Below are positions 10,309 to 20,590 of a stretch of 64,000 nucleotides of DNA, piece after piece. The first letter of the stretch is position 1, and each line of letters starts with the position of its first letter. The stretch lies in contig CBDIIB010000004.1 of the NCBI GenBank assembly GCA_965279525.1, positions 864,001 through 928,000 on the forward strand, in the 5' to 3' direction. Source of the DNA: Tagaea sp. GTDB taxonomy: Bacteria; Pseudomonadota; Alphaproteobacteria; CACIAM-22H2. Position numbers and translations under genes: made by a program. The notes beneath the pieces are model-generated. The model was not told the DNA's origin, did not search any database, and saw only the letters and a program-made list of their open reading frames with translations.

Positions 10309-11598
10309 ATGCTCGAACGCTATTTCGGCCTCGCGGCCGCAGGGACCACCGTGCGCACAGAGGTCGTGGCCGGGGTTACCACTTTCCTGACAATGGCTTA
10401 CATCATCGTCGTCAATCCCTCGATCCTCGAGATCGCCGGAATGGACCGGAATTCGGTGTTCGTCGCGACGTGTCTTGCAGCCGCCTTCTCGACGGCGATC
10501 ATGGGGCTTTACGCCAACTATCCGATCGCGCTGGCCCCGGGGATGGGCCTCAACGCCTTCTTCGCATTCGGCCTCGTCAAGGGCATGGGCCTGTCGTGGG
10601 AGACGGCTCTCGGCGCCGTCTTCTGCTCGTCCGTCCTGACCGTGGCGCTGTCGGTCAGCCCGGCACGCGCCTGGATCTTCGACGGCATCCCGCGCGCGCT
10701 CAAATACGGCATCGCAGGCGGTATCGGACTGTTCCTGGCAATCATCGGACTGAAAAATGCCGGCATCGTCGTGGCGCATCCTGCCACGCTGATCACGCTG
10801 GGCGACATGCACCAGCCTGCGGCCATCCTCGCCGGCCTCGGCTTCATCGCGATGGTGGCGCTGGAGGCGCGGAAAGTACCCGGCGCCATCGTCATCTCGA
10901 TCCTCGGCACGACCGCCGTCGGCATCGTGCTCGGCCTCACCCCTTTCCACGGGATCATCTCGGCACCGCCGTCCATTGAGCCGACCTTCTTGAAGCTGGA
11001 TATCTGGGGCGCCCTCCAGTGGGGCGTGATCTCGACGATCCTCGTGCTGATGTTCGTCGACCTGTTCGACACGGCGGGTACGCTCGTCGGCGTCACCCAG
11101 CGCGCCGGCCTGATGACCAAGGACGGCAAGCTGCCGCGACTGCGCCAGGCATTGGTCGCCGATTCATCGGCGTCGCTTGTCGGCTCGCTTCTCGGCACGT
11201 CGAACACAACCAGCTATATCGAAAGCGCTGCCGGCGTCGAGGCCGGCGGGCGGACCGGGCTCGTGGCCCTCGTCGTCGCGGGCCTGTTCCTGCTGGCCAT
11301 CGTGTTCGCCCCGCTCGCGAACTCCGTCCCGGGCTTCGCGACGGCCCCGGCCCTCGTCCTTGTCGCCTGCTATATGGCAAAGGGGCTTGTCGATCTCGAC
11401 TGGTCGGATATCACCGAGTACGGCCCCGGCATGGTCGCGGCCATCGCGATGCCCTTCACGTTCTCGATCGCGCACGGCATCGCCTTCGGATTCATCACCT
11501 ACGCGGCTGCCAAGGCGCTGGCCGGGCGGGCGTCCGAGGTTTCCGGCGCGGTCTGGACGATCGCGATCCTGTTTGTGCTCAAGTTCGCGTTTCTCTAG
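10309..11598 (+). CDS. NCS2/AzgA-family purine (guanine/hypoxanthine/adenine) permease
   Basis: TTFLTMAYIIVVNP, APGMGLNAFF, YIESAAGVEAGGRTGL. Confidence 0.9.
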   Translation: MLERYFGLAAAGTTVRTEVVAGVTTFLTMAYIIVVNPSILEIAGMDRNSVFVATCLAAAFSTAIMGLYANYPIALAPGMGLNAFFAFGLVKGMGLSWETALGAVFCSSVLTVALSVSPARAWIFDGIPRALKYGIAGGIGLFLAIIGLKNAGIVVAHPATLITLGDMHQPAAILAGLGFIAMVALEARKVPGAIVISILGTTAVGIVLGLTPFHGIISAPPSIEPTFLKLDIWGALQWGVISTILVLMFVDLFDTAGTLVGVTQRAGLMTKDGKLPRLRQALVADSSASLVGSLLGTSNTTSYIESAAGVEAGGRTGLVALVVAGLFLLAIVFAPLANSVPGFATAPALVLVACYMAKGLVDLDWSDITEYGPGMVAAIAMPFTFSIAHGIAFGFITYAAAKALAGRASEVSGAVWTIAILFVLKFAFL

Positions 11599-11619
11599 AC
11601 GACGCAGTAGAATGGCGGA

Positions 11620-12477
11620 ATGGCAAGCAATGCATTCCGCGTACTCGAAACGGCCGACGGCGAGGCGCTTTCCCGGCTCCTCGCCGCCACGCCCGATACG
11701 GCGATGTTCCTTCGATCAAACCTGCAACAGGCCGGTATCGTCGACAGGGGCGAACCCTATCAGGGTACTTATGTCGGCGCTTTCGCCGGTGAAGTCCTGA
11801 CAGGCGTTGCCGCCCTCTACTGGAACGGCAACATGATGCTGCAATGCGAACCGGCCGACGCGGTGGCACTCGCCAACGCGACGCTCGCCGCCACATTGCC
11901 GCGGGCCTGTACCGGCCTTCTCGGCCCCCGCGCGCTGCTCGAAGACGTGATCGCCCTGCCGCCCTTCTCGCTCCGGCGCGCGCAGATGGCCTCGCGCCAG
12001 GACCTCTACGGGCTCGATCTGGCCGACCTTCCGGACAGCGCGCCGATGCTCGAGCGCGTTCGCGCGGCCACGGCAAAGGACCGCGACGAACTGACCGGGT
12101 GGCGCCACGACTATCTGTGCGAGACGCTCGGAGCGTCGCCTGGCGAAGCGACGCGCAGCCGTGCCGGAGAGGAGATCGCACGCGCGATCGACGAGGGTCG
12201 CGCTTTCGTGCTGGCGATGGCCGACAATATCCTCGCCTATGCGGGATTCAACGCGACGCTGCCGGACATGGTCCAAGTGGGTGGCGTCTACAGCCCGCCG
12301 GCGGAGCGCGGCCTCGGCTATGCGCGCATGGCGACTCACGGCGCGCTGCTTGCCGCCCGTGCGCGCGGCGTCAGACGCGCGATCCTGTTCACCGCCGAAG
12401 AGAACATTCCCGCAAAGCGCTGCTACGAGGGCCTCGGTTTCAAGCGGGTCGGCGACTACGGAATCGTGATCTACTGA
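11620..12477 (+). CDS. GNAT family N-acetyltransferase
   Basis: C-terminal VGGVYSPPAERGLGYA acetyl-CoA motif, N.PAKRCYEGLGF. Confidence 0.8.
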   Translation: MASNAFRVLETADGEALSRLLAATPDTAMFLRSNLQQAGIVDRGEPYQGTYVGAFAGEVLTGVAALYWNGNMMLQCEPADAVALANATLAATLPRACTGLLGPRALLEDVIALPPFSLRRAQMASRQDLYGLDLADLPDSAPMLERVRAATAKDRDELTGWRHDYLCETLGASPGEATRSRAGEEIARAIDEGRAFVLAMADNILAYAGFNATLPDMVQVGGVYSPPAERGLGYARMATHGALLAARARGVRRAILFTAEENIPAKRCYEGLGFKRVGDYGIVIY

Positions 12478-12650
12478 TCGTCGAGACGTTTGGAATCAAG
12501 CATCCGCTCGGCAAGCGCACGACGCGCGGCTTCGCTCTCGCGCTCCACCTTTGTGCGGCCGTGGGCGGCCCGGTTGGCGTCGGCGGCCCGCGCCGCCTCT
12601 TCGCGCGCCATGCGCTTGCGCGTACGCTTCAGATTGACGATTTCGCCCAC
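12471..12650 (-). CDS. DUF4169 family small protein
   Basis: GEIVNLKRTRKRMAR...ANRAAHGRTK pattern; GTG start after GGAGG. Confidence 0.8.
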   Translation of the reverse strand: MGEIVNLKRTRKRMAREEAARAADANRAAHGRTKVERESEAARRALAERMLDSKRLDDQ

Positions 12651-12689
12651 CTTGCCTCCACCATCCCGTTCGCCCCATAGTCCCCGCGC

Positions 12690-13250
12690 ATGGTGCGCCG
12701 CGACACGCCAAGAACCTACGACGGAATCGCCCGGAGCTTCCACTGGCTCACGGCACTTCTTGTCGCGATCCTGTTCGGGCTCGGAACCTACATGACCGGT
12801 CTCGACTACTCTGACTGGAAGGTGCAGGTCTTTTCATGGCACGCGTGGATCGGCCTGACGGTTTTCGCGCTAACAGGCCTGCGGCTCGCCTGGCGACTGC
12901 TCAATCCGCCGCCGCCGATGCCGCCGTCGGCCTGGATCGAGCAGATCGCGGCCCACGCGACACATGGCATCCTCTATTTCCTAATGTTCGCGATGCCGAT
13001 CATCGGCTTTCTCGGCTCGAACGCGTTCGGTTTCCCGGTGAAGTGGTTCGGGCTGGTCAACCTGCCCGACCCGATCGGCAAGAACGAGGCGCTGGGAGAA
13101 GCCCTGCTGCTCGCCCATGTCGTCCTCGCGTGGTTGATGGCTGCCACGCTTGCACTCCATGTCGGTGCCGCACTTTTCCACCATTTCGTACGCCGAGATC
13201 CGATCCTCGGACGTATGCTGCCGGGCGTGAAGCCGCGCCGATCGGACTAG
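12690..13250 (+). CDS. Cytochrome b561 (CybB/YceJ family)
   Basis: RSFHWLTALL, WHAWIG, RLAWR, LHVGAALFHHFVRRD heme-ligand His pattern. Confidence 0.85.
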   Translation: MVRRDTPRTYDGIARSFHWLTALLVAILFGLGTYMTGLDYSDWKVQVFSWHAWIGLTVFALTGLRLAWRLLNPPPPMPPSAWIEQIAAHATHGILYFLMFAMPIIGFLGSNAFGFPVKWFGLVNLPDPIGKNEALGEALLLAHVVLAWLMAATLALHVGAALFHHFVRRDPILGRMLPGVKPRRSD

Positions 13251-13278
13251 GCATACCTGCCATCTAAAGTATGATGTT

Positions 13279-13307
13279 TTGATTATACAATTTTATATTG
13301 ATATAAT
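13279..13307 (+). promoter_or_regulatory. Sigma70-like promoter TTGATT-N17-TATAAT in an AT-rich island between convergent genes
   Basis: -35 at 13279-13284, -10 at 13302-13307; points antisense into the ALDH 3' end. Confidence 0.4.
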
Positions 13308-13360
13308 TCGGATCACGCCACATCGAAGCAAACCGCCGATCCGAAACTCGCGATTCGCGC

Positions 13361-14935
13361 TCATCCCTCCATCGACGTCCAGCTCTGCTCGCGCATGAAC
13401 TGCGGTACGTAGAACGGACCGAGCCCGCCTTTACCCGTGGTCCCCGACCCTTTCCAGCCGCAGAAGCTCTGGATGCCCGGCCATGCTCCGGTCGTCGCAC
13501 CCGACCGACGGTTGGCGTAGAGCACACCTGCTTCGGCGCGCGCGAAGAAGTAATCGATCTCGGCGGTGTCGCGCGCGTAGCAACCGGCCGTCAGGCCATA
13601 GGCGACACCGTTCGCCTGCGCGATCGCATCGGCAAGGCTGTCGAACGCCAGCAGCGATACGACGGGCGCGAAAAGCTCGTCGCGATTGATCGGGTGATCC
13701 GCCGGCAAGCCCGCCAAGATCGTCGGCTCGACATAGACGCCCTGATCGTAGAGACCGCCCGTCAATCGCCTGCCGCCACGCACGAGCCTGCCGTCCCGCT
13801 CTGCCCGAGCGACGGCGTCCATACAGCGAGCACCGGCGGCCGTGTCGATGAGCGGCCCCATATAGACGTCGCGCTGCGATGGATCTCCGACCTTCAACGC
13901 GCCCGTCTTCTCGACGAGCTTGACGAGATATGGCTCGAACACCGAACGCTCGACATAGACGACCGAACCGGCCGAACATTTCTGCCCCTGCAGCCCGAAC
14001 GCCGAACGCATCGTGCCTTCCGCCGCCACATCGAGGTCGGCGGTCGCGGTGACGAATGTAGGATTCTTGCCGCCCATCTCGGCAATGACCGGGCGCAGCC
14101 AATCGCGCGCGGACGACCGCCGGACCATTTCCATGCCAACCGCATGGCTGCCCGTAAACACGATTCCGTCCACCCCCGGATGCGCGGCAAGCACAGGCCC
14201 TGCCGGCGCGCCGCAGACGAGATTGACAAGGCCGGGCGGGACGTCCGCCGCCTCGAAACACTCGGCGAGCAAAGCGCCGCACAGCGATGCCTTGGGCGAC
14301 GGCTTGTAGACGATCGCATTGCCGCCGAGGATCGCCCCCGCCATCATCCCGGTCGACAGGGCGAGCGGGAAATTGAAGGGAGCGATGACACCGAAGACGC
14401 CGAGCGGACGCAGGACGACGCGCGTCGCCTCGCGCGGGAAGGCGCGGGCCATCTCCCGGCCATAGCCGCCGTTGCGCTCCATCTCGTCGGCGTAATAGCG
14501 CAACAGGTCGACGGTCTCTTCGACCTCTCCCATCGCCTCCGCTCGGGATTTTCCCACCTCAAGAAGGCAGGCGATCCCCAGCGCGTATTTGCGCCTCTCG
14601 ACGGCCGCAGCCACGGCCCGGATGGCGCCCACGCGGCTCGTCCAGTCGCGCAAGCCCCACTCCGCAGCCGCCTTGCGCGCGGCAAGGACGGCACGGTCGA
14701 CCGCACCGGCATCGGCCGCCACGAAGCTGCCGATCGCCTGGCGTGCGTCGATCGGGCTCGCTGTCGAATAGCGCGTGCCGGCCTCGTCGGCGCGGCCGGC
14801 GATCCGGTTGGGATGGAACCTGCCAAGTTCCGCCTTGAAGGCGGGAATCTCGCGGTCGAGGAAATCGTGCAGCGGCGCGAAGTCGACACCGATATTCGAG
14901 TAGGTGACGCGCGGCAGCGCGGTCTTGTCGGCCAT
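13361..14935 (-). CDS. Aldehyde dehydrogenase (P5C dehydrogenase/RocA-like)
   Basis: IAPFNFP, FTGS, EMGGKN, FGLQGQKCSA catalytic Cys, ELFAP, GWKGSG. Confidence 0.85.
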   Translation of the reverse strand: MADKTALPRVTYSNIGVDFAPLHDFLDREIPAFKAELGRFHPNRIAGRADEAGTRYSTASPIDARQAIGSFVAADAGAVDRAVLAARKAAAEWGLRDWTSRVGAIRAVAAAVERRKYALGIACLLEVGKSRAEAMGEVEETVDLLRYYADEMERNGGYGREMARAFPREATRVVLRPLGVFGVIAPFNFPLALSTGMMAGAILGGNAIVYKPSPKASLCGALLAECFEAADVPPGLVNLVCGAPAGPVLAAHPGVDGIVFTGSHAVGMEMVRRSSARDWLRPVIAEMGGKNPTFVTATADLDVAAEGTMRSAFGLQGQKCSAGSVVYVERSVFEPYLVKLVEKTGALKVGDPSQRDVYMGPLIDTAAGARCMDAVARAERDGRLVRGGRRLTGGLYDQGVYVEPTILAGLPADHPINRDELFAPVVSLLAFDSLADAIAQANGVAYGLTAGCYARDTAEIDYFFARAEAGVLYANRRSGATTGAWPGIQSFCGWKGSGTTGKGGLGPFYVPQFMREQSWTSMEG

Positions 14936-14950
14936 TCGTTCGGTCCTCGT

Positions 14951-15679
14951 CTAGAAAAGGCTTCCCTGCCGGCGGTCCGGCGCCGCCTTGCGCGGCTTGG
15001 CGGCTTCCGGCTCGGAATCCGGCGCCGGCTCGTGGCAGCCTGCATCGTCGTGACGCACGCTGTTCACGTAAGTCGACACGCGGACATGCTCGAACCATTC
15101 GCTCGGTGGTGCCTGAACGAGTTCGCGTGCATCGACGGCCGGATCGAGCCAGGCGGCATAGTCCGTCGGCGAAAGGATGACCGGAACCCGGTCGTGGAAC
15201 GGCGCCATGATCTCGTTCGCGGCCGTGTTCACTATCGTGAACGTCTCCAGCACATCCCCTTTGGGCGGAATCCAGCGCTCCCACAGGCCGGCGAATGCGA
15301 AAGGCTGTCGGTCGCGCATGCGGAACAGCAGCGGCTGCTTCGTCTTCGCGGCGACCGTCTGCCATTCATAGAAACCGTCGGCCGGAACGAGGCAGCGGCG
15401 CTGGCGGAAGGCCTGCCGGAAGGCAGGCTTGTCCTGCACGGTCTCGCCGCGCGCGTTGATCATGTGGCTTTGCAGTGCCGTATCTTCTGCCCAATAGGGC
15501 ACGAGGCCCCAGTTGAACATCTGCAGCTCGCGCGAGCCGTCACCCGCCAGCCGGACGACGGGGGCGGCCTGCGTGGGCGCGATGTTCCAGCGCGGCTGAA
15601 GATTTACGGGAGCGCCGTCGAAAGCGAAAAGCTCCCGCAGGGCCTCGATCGGCGTGGTCAGCGAATATCGTCCGCACAT
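14951..15679 (-). CDS. SRAP family abasic-site-binding protein (YedK/HMCES-like)
   Basis: N-terminal MCGRY, INARGET, RCLVPADGFYEW, HDRVPVIL. Confidence 0.92.
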   Translation of the reverse strand: MCGRYSLTTPIEALRELFAFDGAPVNLQPRWNIAPTQAAPVVRLAGDGSRELQMFNWGLVPYWAEDTALQSHMINARGETVQDKPAFRQAFRQRRCLVPADGFYEWQTVAAKTKQPLLFRMRDRQPFAFAGLWERWIPPKGDVLETFTIVNTAANEIMAPFHDRVPVILSPTDYAAWLDPAVDARELVQAPPSEWFEHVRVSTYVNSVRHDDAGCHEPAPDSEPEAAKPRKAAPDRRQGSLF

Positions 15680-15726
15680 GCCGGGTATTGTAAGCCAAAC
15701 GGCGGCATCGTACGACAGGGCCGATC

Positions 15727-16512
15727 ATGACAGTTTCGACACCGGATCTCGCCGCCCTGCGCCCTGCCGTCGTCGCCCTTGCAAGGCGCGCCGGCGCCAC
15801 CATTCTCGATATCTACGAGGGCGCCTTCGCCGTGCGCGACAAGGCCGACCGCACGCCGGTGACCGAAGCCGACGAGCGCTCGGAAGCACTGATCGTTGCC
15901 GGGCTCGCCGTCCTCACGCCCGGCATACCTGTCATTGCCGAAGAATCGCAGGCACGGGGCGATGCCGGCTTCGCAGGTTCTGCCCCGCCGCTTTTCTGGC
16001 TGGTCGATCCGCTCGACGGCACGCGGGAGTTCGTCGCGCGCAACGGGCAGTTCGCCGTCAATATCGGGCTGGTGCGGGACGGCCGCCCCGTCCTCGGCGC
16101 GATCCTGTCGCCGGTCGAGGGGATCGTGTGGTCGGGCATCGTCGGTGCCGGAGCCTTTCGCCAGGTGCGCGACGGCATGGAAACGCCAGTGCGTGCACGC
16201 GCCAAGCCCACGAAAGGCATTGTCGTTGTCACGTCGCTGAGTCACGCCTCGGGGGCGGAAAGCGCGGTCGCCTCGGCGCACCGGATCGCAGAACATCGGA
16301 AACTCGGTTCGGCGGCAAAATTCGGCCTGCTCGCCGAAGGCTCGGCCGATCTCTATCCGCGCATGGGACCGACCAGCGAATGGGATACCTGTGCCGGCGA
16401 AGCACTTCTCGTCGCGGCCGGTGGCCATGTCGAGCGGACCGACGGCCGACTGCTCGAATACGGCAAGCCCGGCTTCCGCAATCCTGACTTTGTCGCCCGG
16501 GGCGCGTGGTGA
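15727..16512 (+). CDS. cysQ: 3'(2'),5'-bisphosphate nucleotidase
   Basis: KADRTPVTEAD, FWLVDPLDGTREF, YPRMGPTSEWDT. Confidence 0.9.
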   Translation: MTVSTPDLAALRPAVVALARRAGATILDIYEGAFAVRDKADRTPVTEADERSEALIVAGLAVLTPGIPVIAEESQARGDAGFAGSAPPLFWLVDPLDGTREFVARNGQFAVNIGLVRDGRPVLGAILSPVEGIVWSGIVGAGAFRQVRDGMETPVRARAKPTKGIVVVTSLSHASGAESAVASAHRIAEHRKLGSAAKFGLLAEGSADLYPRMGPTSEWDTCAGEALLVAAGGHVERTDGRLLEYGKPGFRNPDFVARGAW

Positions 16513-16519
16513 ACCGGCC

Positions 16520-19237
16520 CTAGCCGGTGTTGCGCATGCCCGCGGCGATCGCGTTGATCGTCAGCAGCAGCGGCTCGCGCCAGGCCTGCCCGCGTGTTCC
16601 ACGCGCGCGGCGCAGCAGGCGGACCTGCAGCGCGTTGACCGCATCGAGATAGGGTGCCCGCCGGTCGAGCGTGGCGGCAAGCCGCGGATTGTCGGCCAGA
16701 AGCCGCGGCCCGCCGGTGATCTGCTTGAGCCACCGCTCGGACAGGCGGAACTCCGCCTCCACACGCTTCCAGATGCGCGCTGCCGCCGTCTTGTCCTTGG
16801 CGAGGCCCATATAGAGCGACGCCACCGCCGGATCGCCCTTGGCGAGCGCCATCTGCACGTTGTCGACGAAATGTCGGAAATAGGGCCAGCGCCTGTACAT
16901 CAGCCGCAGGCGCGCAGGATGGCGCGGGCTTTTTTCGGCGAACGCGGCGAAGGCCGAACCCACGCCGTACCAGGCCGGCAGTGCTAGGCGCGCCTGCGAC
17001 CAGCCGAAGACCCAAGGGATTGCCCGGATCGCACGCAGCGATTTTCCGCCCTGCGGCCGGTGCGACGGCCGCGAGCCGATATTCAGGGCGGCAAGCTCGC
17101 TGACCGGCGTGACTTCATAGAAGAAATCGAGGAACCCCGGCTCGCCGGCGACGAGACCGCGATAGGCCTCCAGCCCGGCACCGGAAAGCGCCTCCATCGA
17201 CGCCGAAAAGCGCGAGTCGACGCCGACCCGCTCGCCGGGCGAAGGGAACGTCGCGCGCAGCAGGCCGGCAAGAGCGGTCGACAGCTCGTACACTGCCGTC
17301 GGCCGGTTCGAGTATTTGTAGGAAAGCACCTCGCCCTGCTCGGTGTATTTGAGCCGTCCGTTCGCCGCAGCGCGCGGAGCGGCGGCAATGGCGTCATAGA
17401 CCGGCCCGCCACCGCGCGCGTGGCTGCCGCCGCGGCCGTGGAACAGCAGGAACGGCACGACGTGTTTTGCAAAGCAGGCCGCAAGCGCCGTCTGCGCCCG
17501 ATGCAGGTGCCAGGATGAAGCAAGAATGCCCGCATCCTTGCAACTGTCGGAATAGCCGAGCATGACTTCCTGCGTGCCGCCGGACGCGTCGAGCAGGCGC
17601 CGATAGGCCGGTTCGGCCAGCAGCCGGTCGATGATCCCAGGTGCGGCATCCAGATCGGCCGCCGTCTCGAAGAGCGGCGCCACGCGGATCTGCACGGCGA
17701 GCTTGCCGGCGGAATCGAACGCGACGAGGCCTGCCATGCGCGCCAGGAACAGGACTTCCGCCACGGCCGTGGGCCGGTCGGCCATCGACACGACATAGGT
17801 CCGGATCGCCTCCGGCCCGAGTTCGGCGCGCAGCGTGCCGATCGCACGCAACGTGTCGAGTATCTCGACCGTCGCGGCTGACAGGTTTCCGCCAAGCAGC
17901 AGCGTGGGCCCGGGCCGTTCGGCAAGCGACAGCACAAGGTCGAGCTTCGCGTCCTCGGCAAGGTCGGCATAGGGCGGCTGGCCGGGCAGGCAGGCGAGGA
18001 TCTCGGCGACCGCCTCTCGATGGCGGGACGCCTCCTGGCGCACGTCGAGACGCACCAGATGGAAGCCGAAGGAGGCGACGAGCAGGATCAGGTCCTTGAG
18101 CGCGCCGTCGGCAAGGCGCGCGTCGCCGTCGGCGATCAGCGCCTCGCGGATCGCCTCGAGGTCGGCGCGCATCGCCTGTGGCTGCGCATAACCGCCGCTC
18201 ACCAGCCGGTAGCGGATGAAGGCGAGCTTTCGCCGGTAGGGTTCGTGTGCGAACCGGGAGGGCTGCCCCGTGAAGGGGGCCGCCCCGAGCTCGGCCTCGT
18301 CGCGTGCGAGTCCCGAGACGAACGCGGGCGGAAGGCGCACATGGACCGCCGCATGCGTCAGCGTTCCGATCAGCGCGTCGATCCGGTGCAGGTAGGTCTC
18401 GCGGATCTCGGTCGCGTGCGTGCGTGCGGCACGCAATGTCGTCGCGGCCGTCACGTTCGGATTGCCGTCCCGGTCCCCGCCGATCCACGAGCCGAAAGCG
18501 ATCGCGGGCGGCGCCTGGAAGTCGCGCGCGGCGGAACCGTAGACGCGCTTCACGGCGGCCTCGAAGGCACGCAGCGTCTGGGGAACCGCATCGAACAGGG
18601 CGGCCCGGAAGAAACGCAGGCCGTTGTCGATCTCGTCGTCGACCGTCAACTTGCCGGTTCGCAGCGTGCTCGTCTTCCACAGGACCGACATCTCCGCGCG
18701 CAGGTCTTCGAGTGCGGCCGCGCGCGCGATCGGGTCCTCGTCGGCTGCGACGAGCCGGGACACCAGATCGAACATCCGGCGATGGCACTTCTGGACCGCC
18801 TGCCGGCGGGCCTCGGTGGGATGGGCGGTGAAGACCGGCATCAGCTTGAGCGCGCCGAGCTTCGCGCGGAAATCCGCATAGTCGACTCCGCCGGAATGGA
18901 TCGCGGCGATGGTTTCCTCGAGCCCGCGCGGATTCGGCGTCCCGCGCCGCTCGTCTTCGAGTAACGCTTCGTCGGCGATATTGACGACCGCGAAATAGGC
19001 GGCGAAGGCACGGGCCACGGTCGTCGCCGTCTCCGGTGTCGCGCGTTCGACCGCGCGCGCGGTCCGCGCAACCTCACGGGCGGAGGCGGCACCCGACTTG
19101 CGCAGGGCGACGAAGCCGCGCCGCAGGCTCTCCACCGTGCCGAAGGCGGCCTCGCCTTCGTGCGCGTCGATCACCTCGCCGATGAGGGCCCCGACCAGAC
19201 GCATGGTCGTGGCCCGCCGCCGATTGCGGTTCTGCAT
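16520..19237 (-). CDS. ppc: Phosphoenolpyruvate carboxylase
   Basis: VFTAHPTE, SWIGGDRDGNP, QEVMLGYSDSCKD, FHGRGGS, RAIPWVFGWSQ, C-terminal AAGMRNTG; true start near 19237. Confidence 0.95.
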   Translation of the reverse strand: MQNRNRRRATTMRLVGALIGEVIDAHEGEAAFGTVESLRRGFVALRKSGAASAREVARTARAVERATPETATTVARAFAAYFAVVNIADEALLEDERRGTPNPRGLEETIAAIHSGGVDYADFRAKLGALKLMPVFTAHPTEARRQAVQKCHRRMFDLVSRLVAADEDPIARAAALEDLRAEMSVLWKTSTLRTGKLTVDDEIDNGLRFFRAALFDAVPQTLRAFEAAVKRVYGSAARDFQAPPAIAFGSWIGGDRDGNPNVTAATTLRAARTHATEIRETYLHRIDALIGTLTHAAVHVRLPPAFVSGLARDEAELGAAPFTGQPSRFAHEPYRRKLAFIRYRLVSGGYAQPQAMRADLEAIREALIADGDARLADGALKDLILLVASFGFHLVRLDVRQEASRHREAVAEILACLPGQPPYADLAEDAKLDLVLSLAERPGPTLLLGGNLSAATVEILDTLRAIGTLRAELGPEAIRTYVVSMADRPTAVAEVLFLARMAGLVAFDSAGKLAVQIRVAPLFETAADLDAAPGIIDRLLAEPAYRRLLDASGGTQEVMLGYSDSCKDAGILASSWHLHRAQTALAACFAKHVVPFLLFHGRGGSHARGGGPVYDAIAAAPRAAANGRLKYTEQGEVLSYKYSNRPTAVYELSTALAGLLRATFPSPGERVGVDSRFSASMEALSGAGLEAYRGLVAGEPGFLDFFYEVTPVSELAALNIGSRPSHRPQGGKSLRAIRAIPWVFGWSQARLALPAWYGVGSAFAAFAEKSPRHPARLRLMYRRWPYFRHFVDNVQMALAKGDPAVASLYMGLAKDKTAAARIWKRVEAEFRLSERWLKQITGGPRLLADNPRLAATLDRRAPYLDAVNALQVRLLRRARGTRGQAWREPLLLTINAIAAGMRNTG

Positions 19238-19327
19238 CCGTCCCCCTTCGAATTGCCCGCGTTTTCGTGCAAAATCCGGTCCGATCGTTGATACGCCGCC
19301 CCGCACGCATTCGAGGAGTGAGAAAAC

Positions 19328-19876
19328 TTGGCCCGAGTCCGCAATATTCCTGCCGACGAGCTCCCCGACGATGCGGCGGCGATCTACCGGCGCTATGTCG
19401 CGGACTACGGCCCCTTCGCCAATCAGGTCGGGATTCTGGCCCATGTCCCGGCCGCAGTGCGCCATCTGCCAGCCATGTTGATGGAACTGCGGGCCGCCGG
19501 CACGTTGCCGCGGCGCTATCTCGAGCTCGCCATCGTCGTCGTGTCGAAGCGCAACGCCTGCCATTACTGCGTTGGCCACCATGTGCCGATGCTGGCGGTC
19601 GAAGGCGTGCCGGCCGACGCCGTCGCCCAGATTCCCGAGCAGGTCGATCACCCGAGCCTGACCGAGATCGACCGGCTGGTGATCGCCTATTCGGTGGCCG
19701 TGAACGACACACCCAACCGGATCCGCGATGCGATGCTCACGGATCTCCGACGCCATTTCAGCGAGGCGCAGATCGTAGAACTGACGCTGCGCATCACCCT
19801 GACCGGGTTCTTCAACAAGTTCTCCGATGCGCTCGGCATCGAGGAAGAAGCGGCAGCGGAACAGGCCGCGCAATAG
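19328..19876 (+). CDS. AhpD/carboxymuconolactone decarboxylase family protein
   Basis: ELAIVVVSKRNACHYCVGHH (CxxC), HFSEAQIVELT...FFNK. Confidence 0.85.
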   Translation: MARVRNIPADELPDDAAAIYRRYVADYGPFANQVGILAHVPAAVRHLPAMLMELRAAGTLPRRYLELAIVVVSKRNACHYCVGHHVPMLAVEGVPADAVAQIPEQVDHPSLTEIDRLVIAYSVAVNDTPNRIRDAMLTDLRRHFSEAQIVELTLRITLTGFFNKFSDALGIEEEAAAEQAAQ

Positions 19877-19878
19877 CC

Positions 19879-20528
19879 CTAGCGGCCGATCCCGGCATAG
19901 GCCGCGATCTCCGCGGCAAGGCGCGTCATCTCCTGTGCGGCCGTCGAGCCCGGCTCGGCCTCGGTCACGCCAAGCCCCAGCCCGAGGCTCGACGCATAGG
20001 CCGTCCGGTTGCCGAGCACGATGTTGGCGACGGGCGTATCGATCGTCGCGAGCTTTCGCGCCACCTCGTCGGCCAGCAGTGAGCGCGGCGGCATCCGGTT
20101 GACGACAAGAAGTGCGAGCCGCTTTTCCGCTTTCGCAAGATCGAGCGTCGGCTGGGTCGCCCACAGATCCATTGGCGAAGGCTGCACGGGGACAAGCACC
20201 AGATGCGAATAGCGGATCGCGGTGCGGGAGTCGCTCTGTGCGTGAGGGGCGGAGTCGACCACCACGACGTCGTGCTCGCGCGACAGCCGATCCAGTTCGT
20301 GTGGCAGCCGCCATCCTGAAAGCTTGGCGAAGGAAAAACCGAGGCCGGCGTCCGGGCCTAGCCTGCGCGCGAATGTTCGGTCCACAGGGCAAACGAGCCC
20401 TGCGGGTCGATGTCGACGGCAGCGACGCTGAGGCCGGATTGCGCCCAGCAGGCCGCGAGATGTGCCGCAAGCGTCGTCTTGCCCGCCCCGCCCTTCTGTT
20501 GCGCGATCGTCACGACTTTTCCTGTCAT
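19879..20528 (-). pseudogene. parA: Short ParA-family ATPase with a frameshift near 20360-20380 (pseudogene or sequencing error)
   Basis: QKGGAGKTT and DIDPQGS in one frame ending at TAG 20358; VVVDSAP, LVPVQPSPMD and LGNRTAY in another; span of 650 nt is not a multiple of 3. Confidence 0.75.
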
Positions 20529-20590
20529 CGGCGCACAATGCGCCGCCGCCCTCGCCCGAAGCAAGGGCACGTGCTAAAGGGCGGCCGGAA

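Noticed and set aside
19238-20470. Apparent 1316-aa PEP carboxylase with a 400-aa N-terminal extension
   Set aside because: The extension overlaps the AhpD-like and parA genes and lacks motifs; ATG 19237 gives a normal-length Ppc
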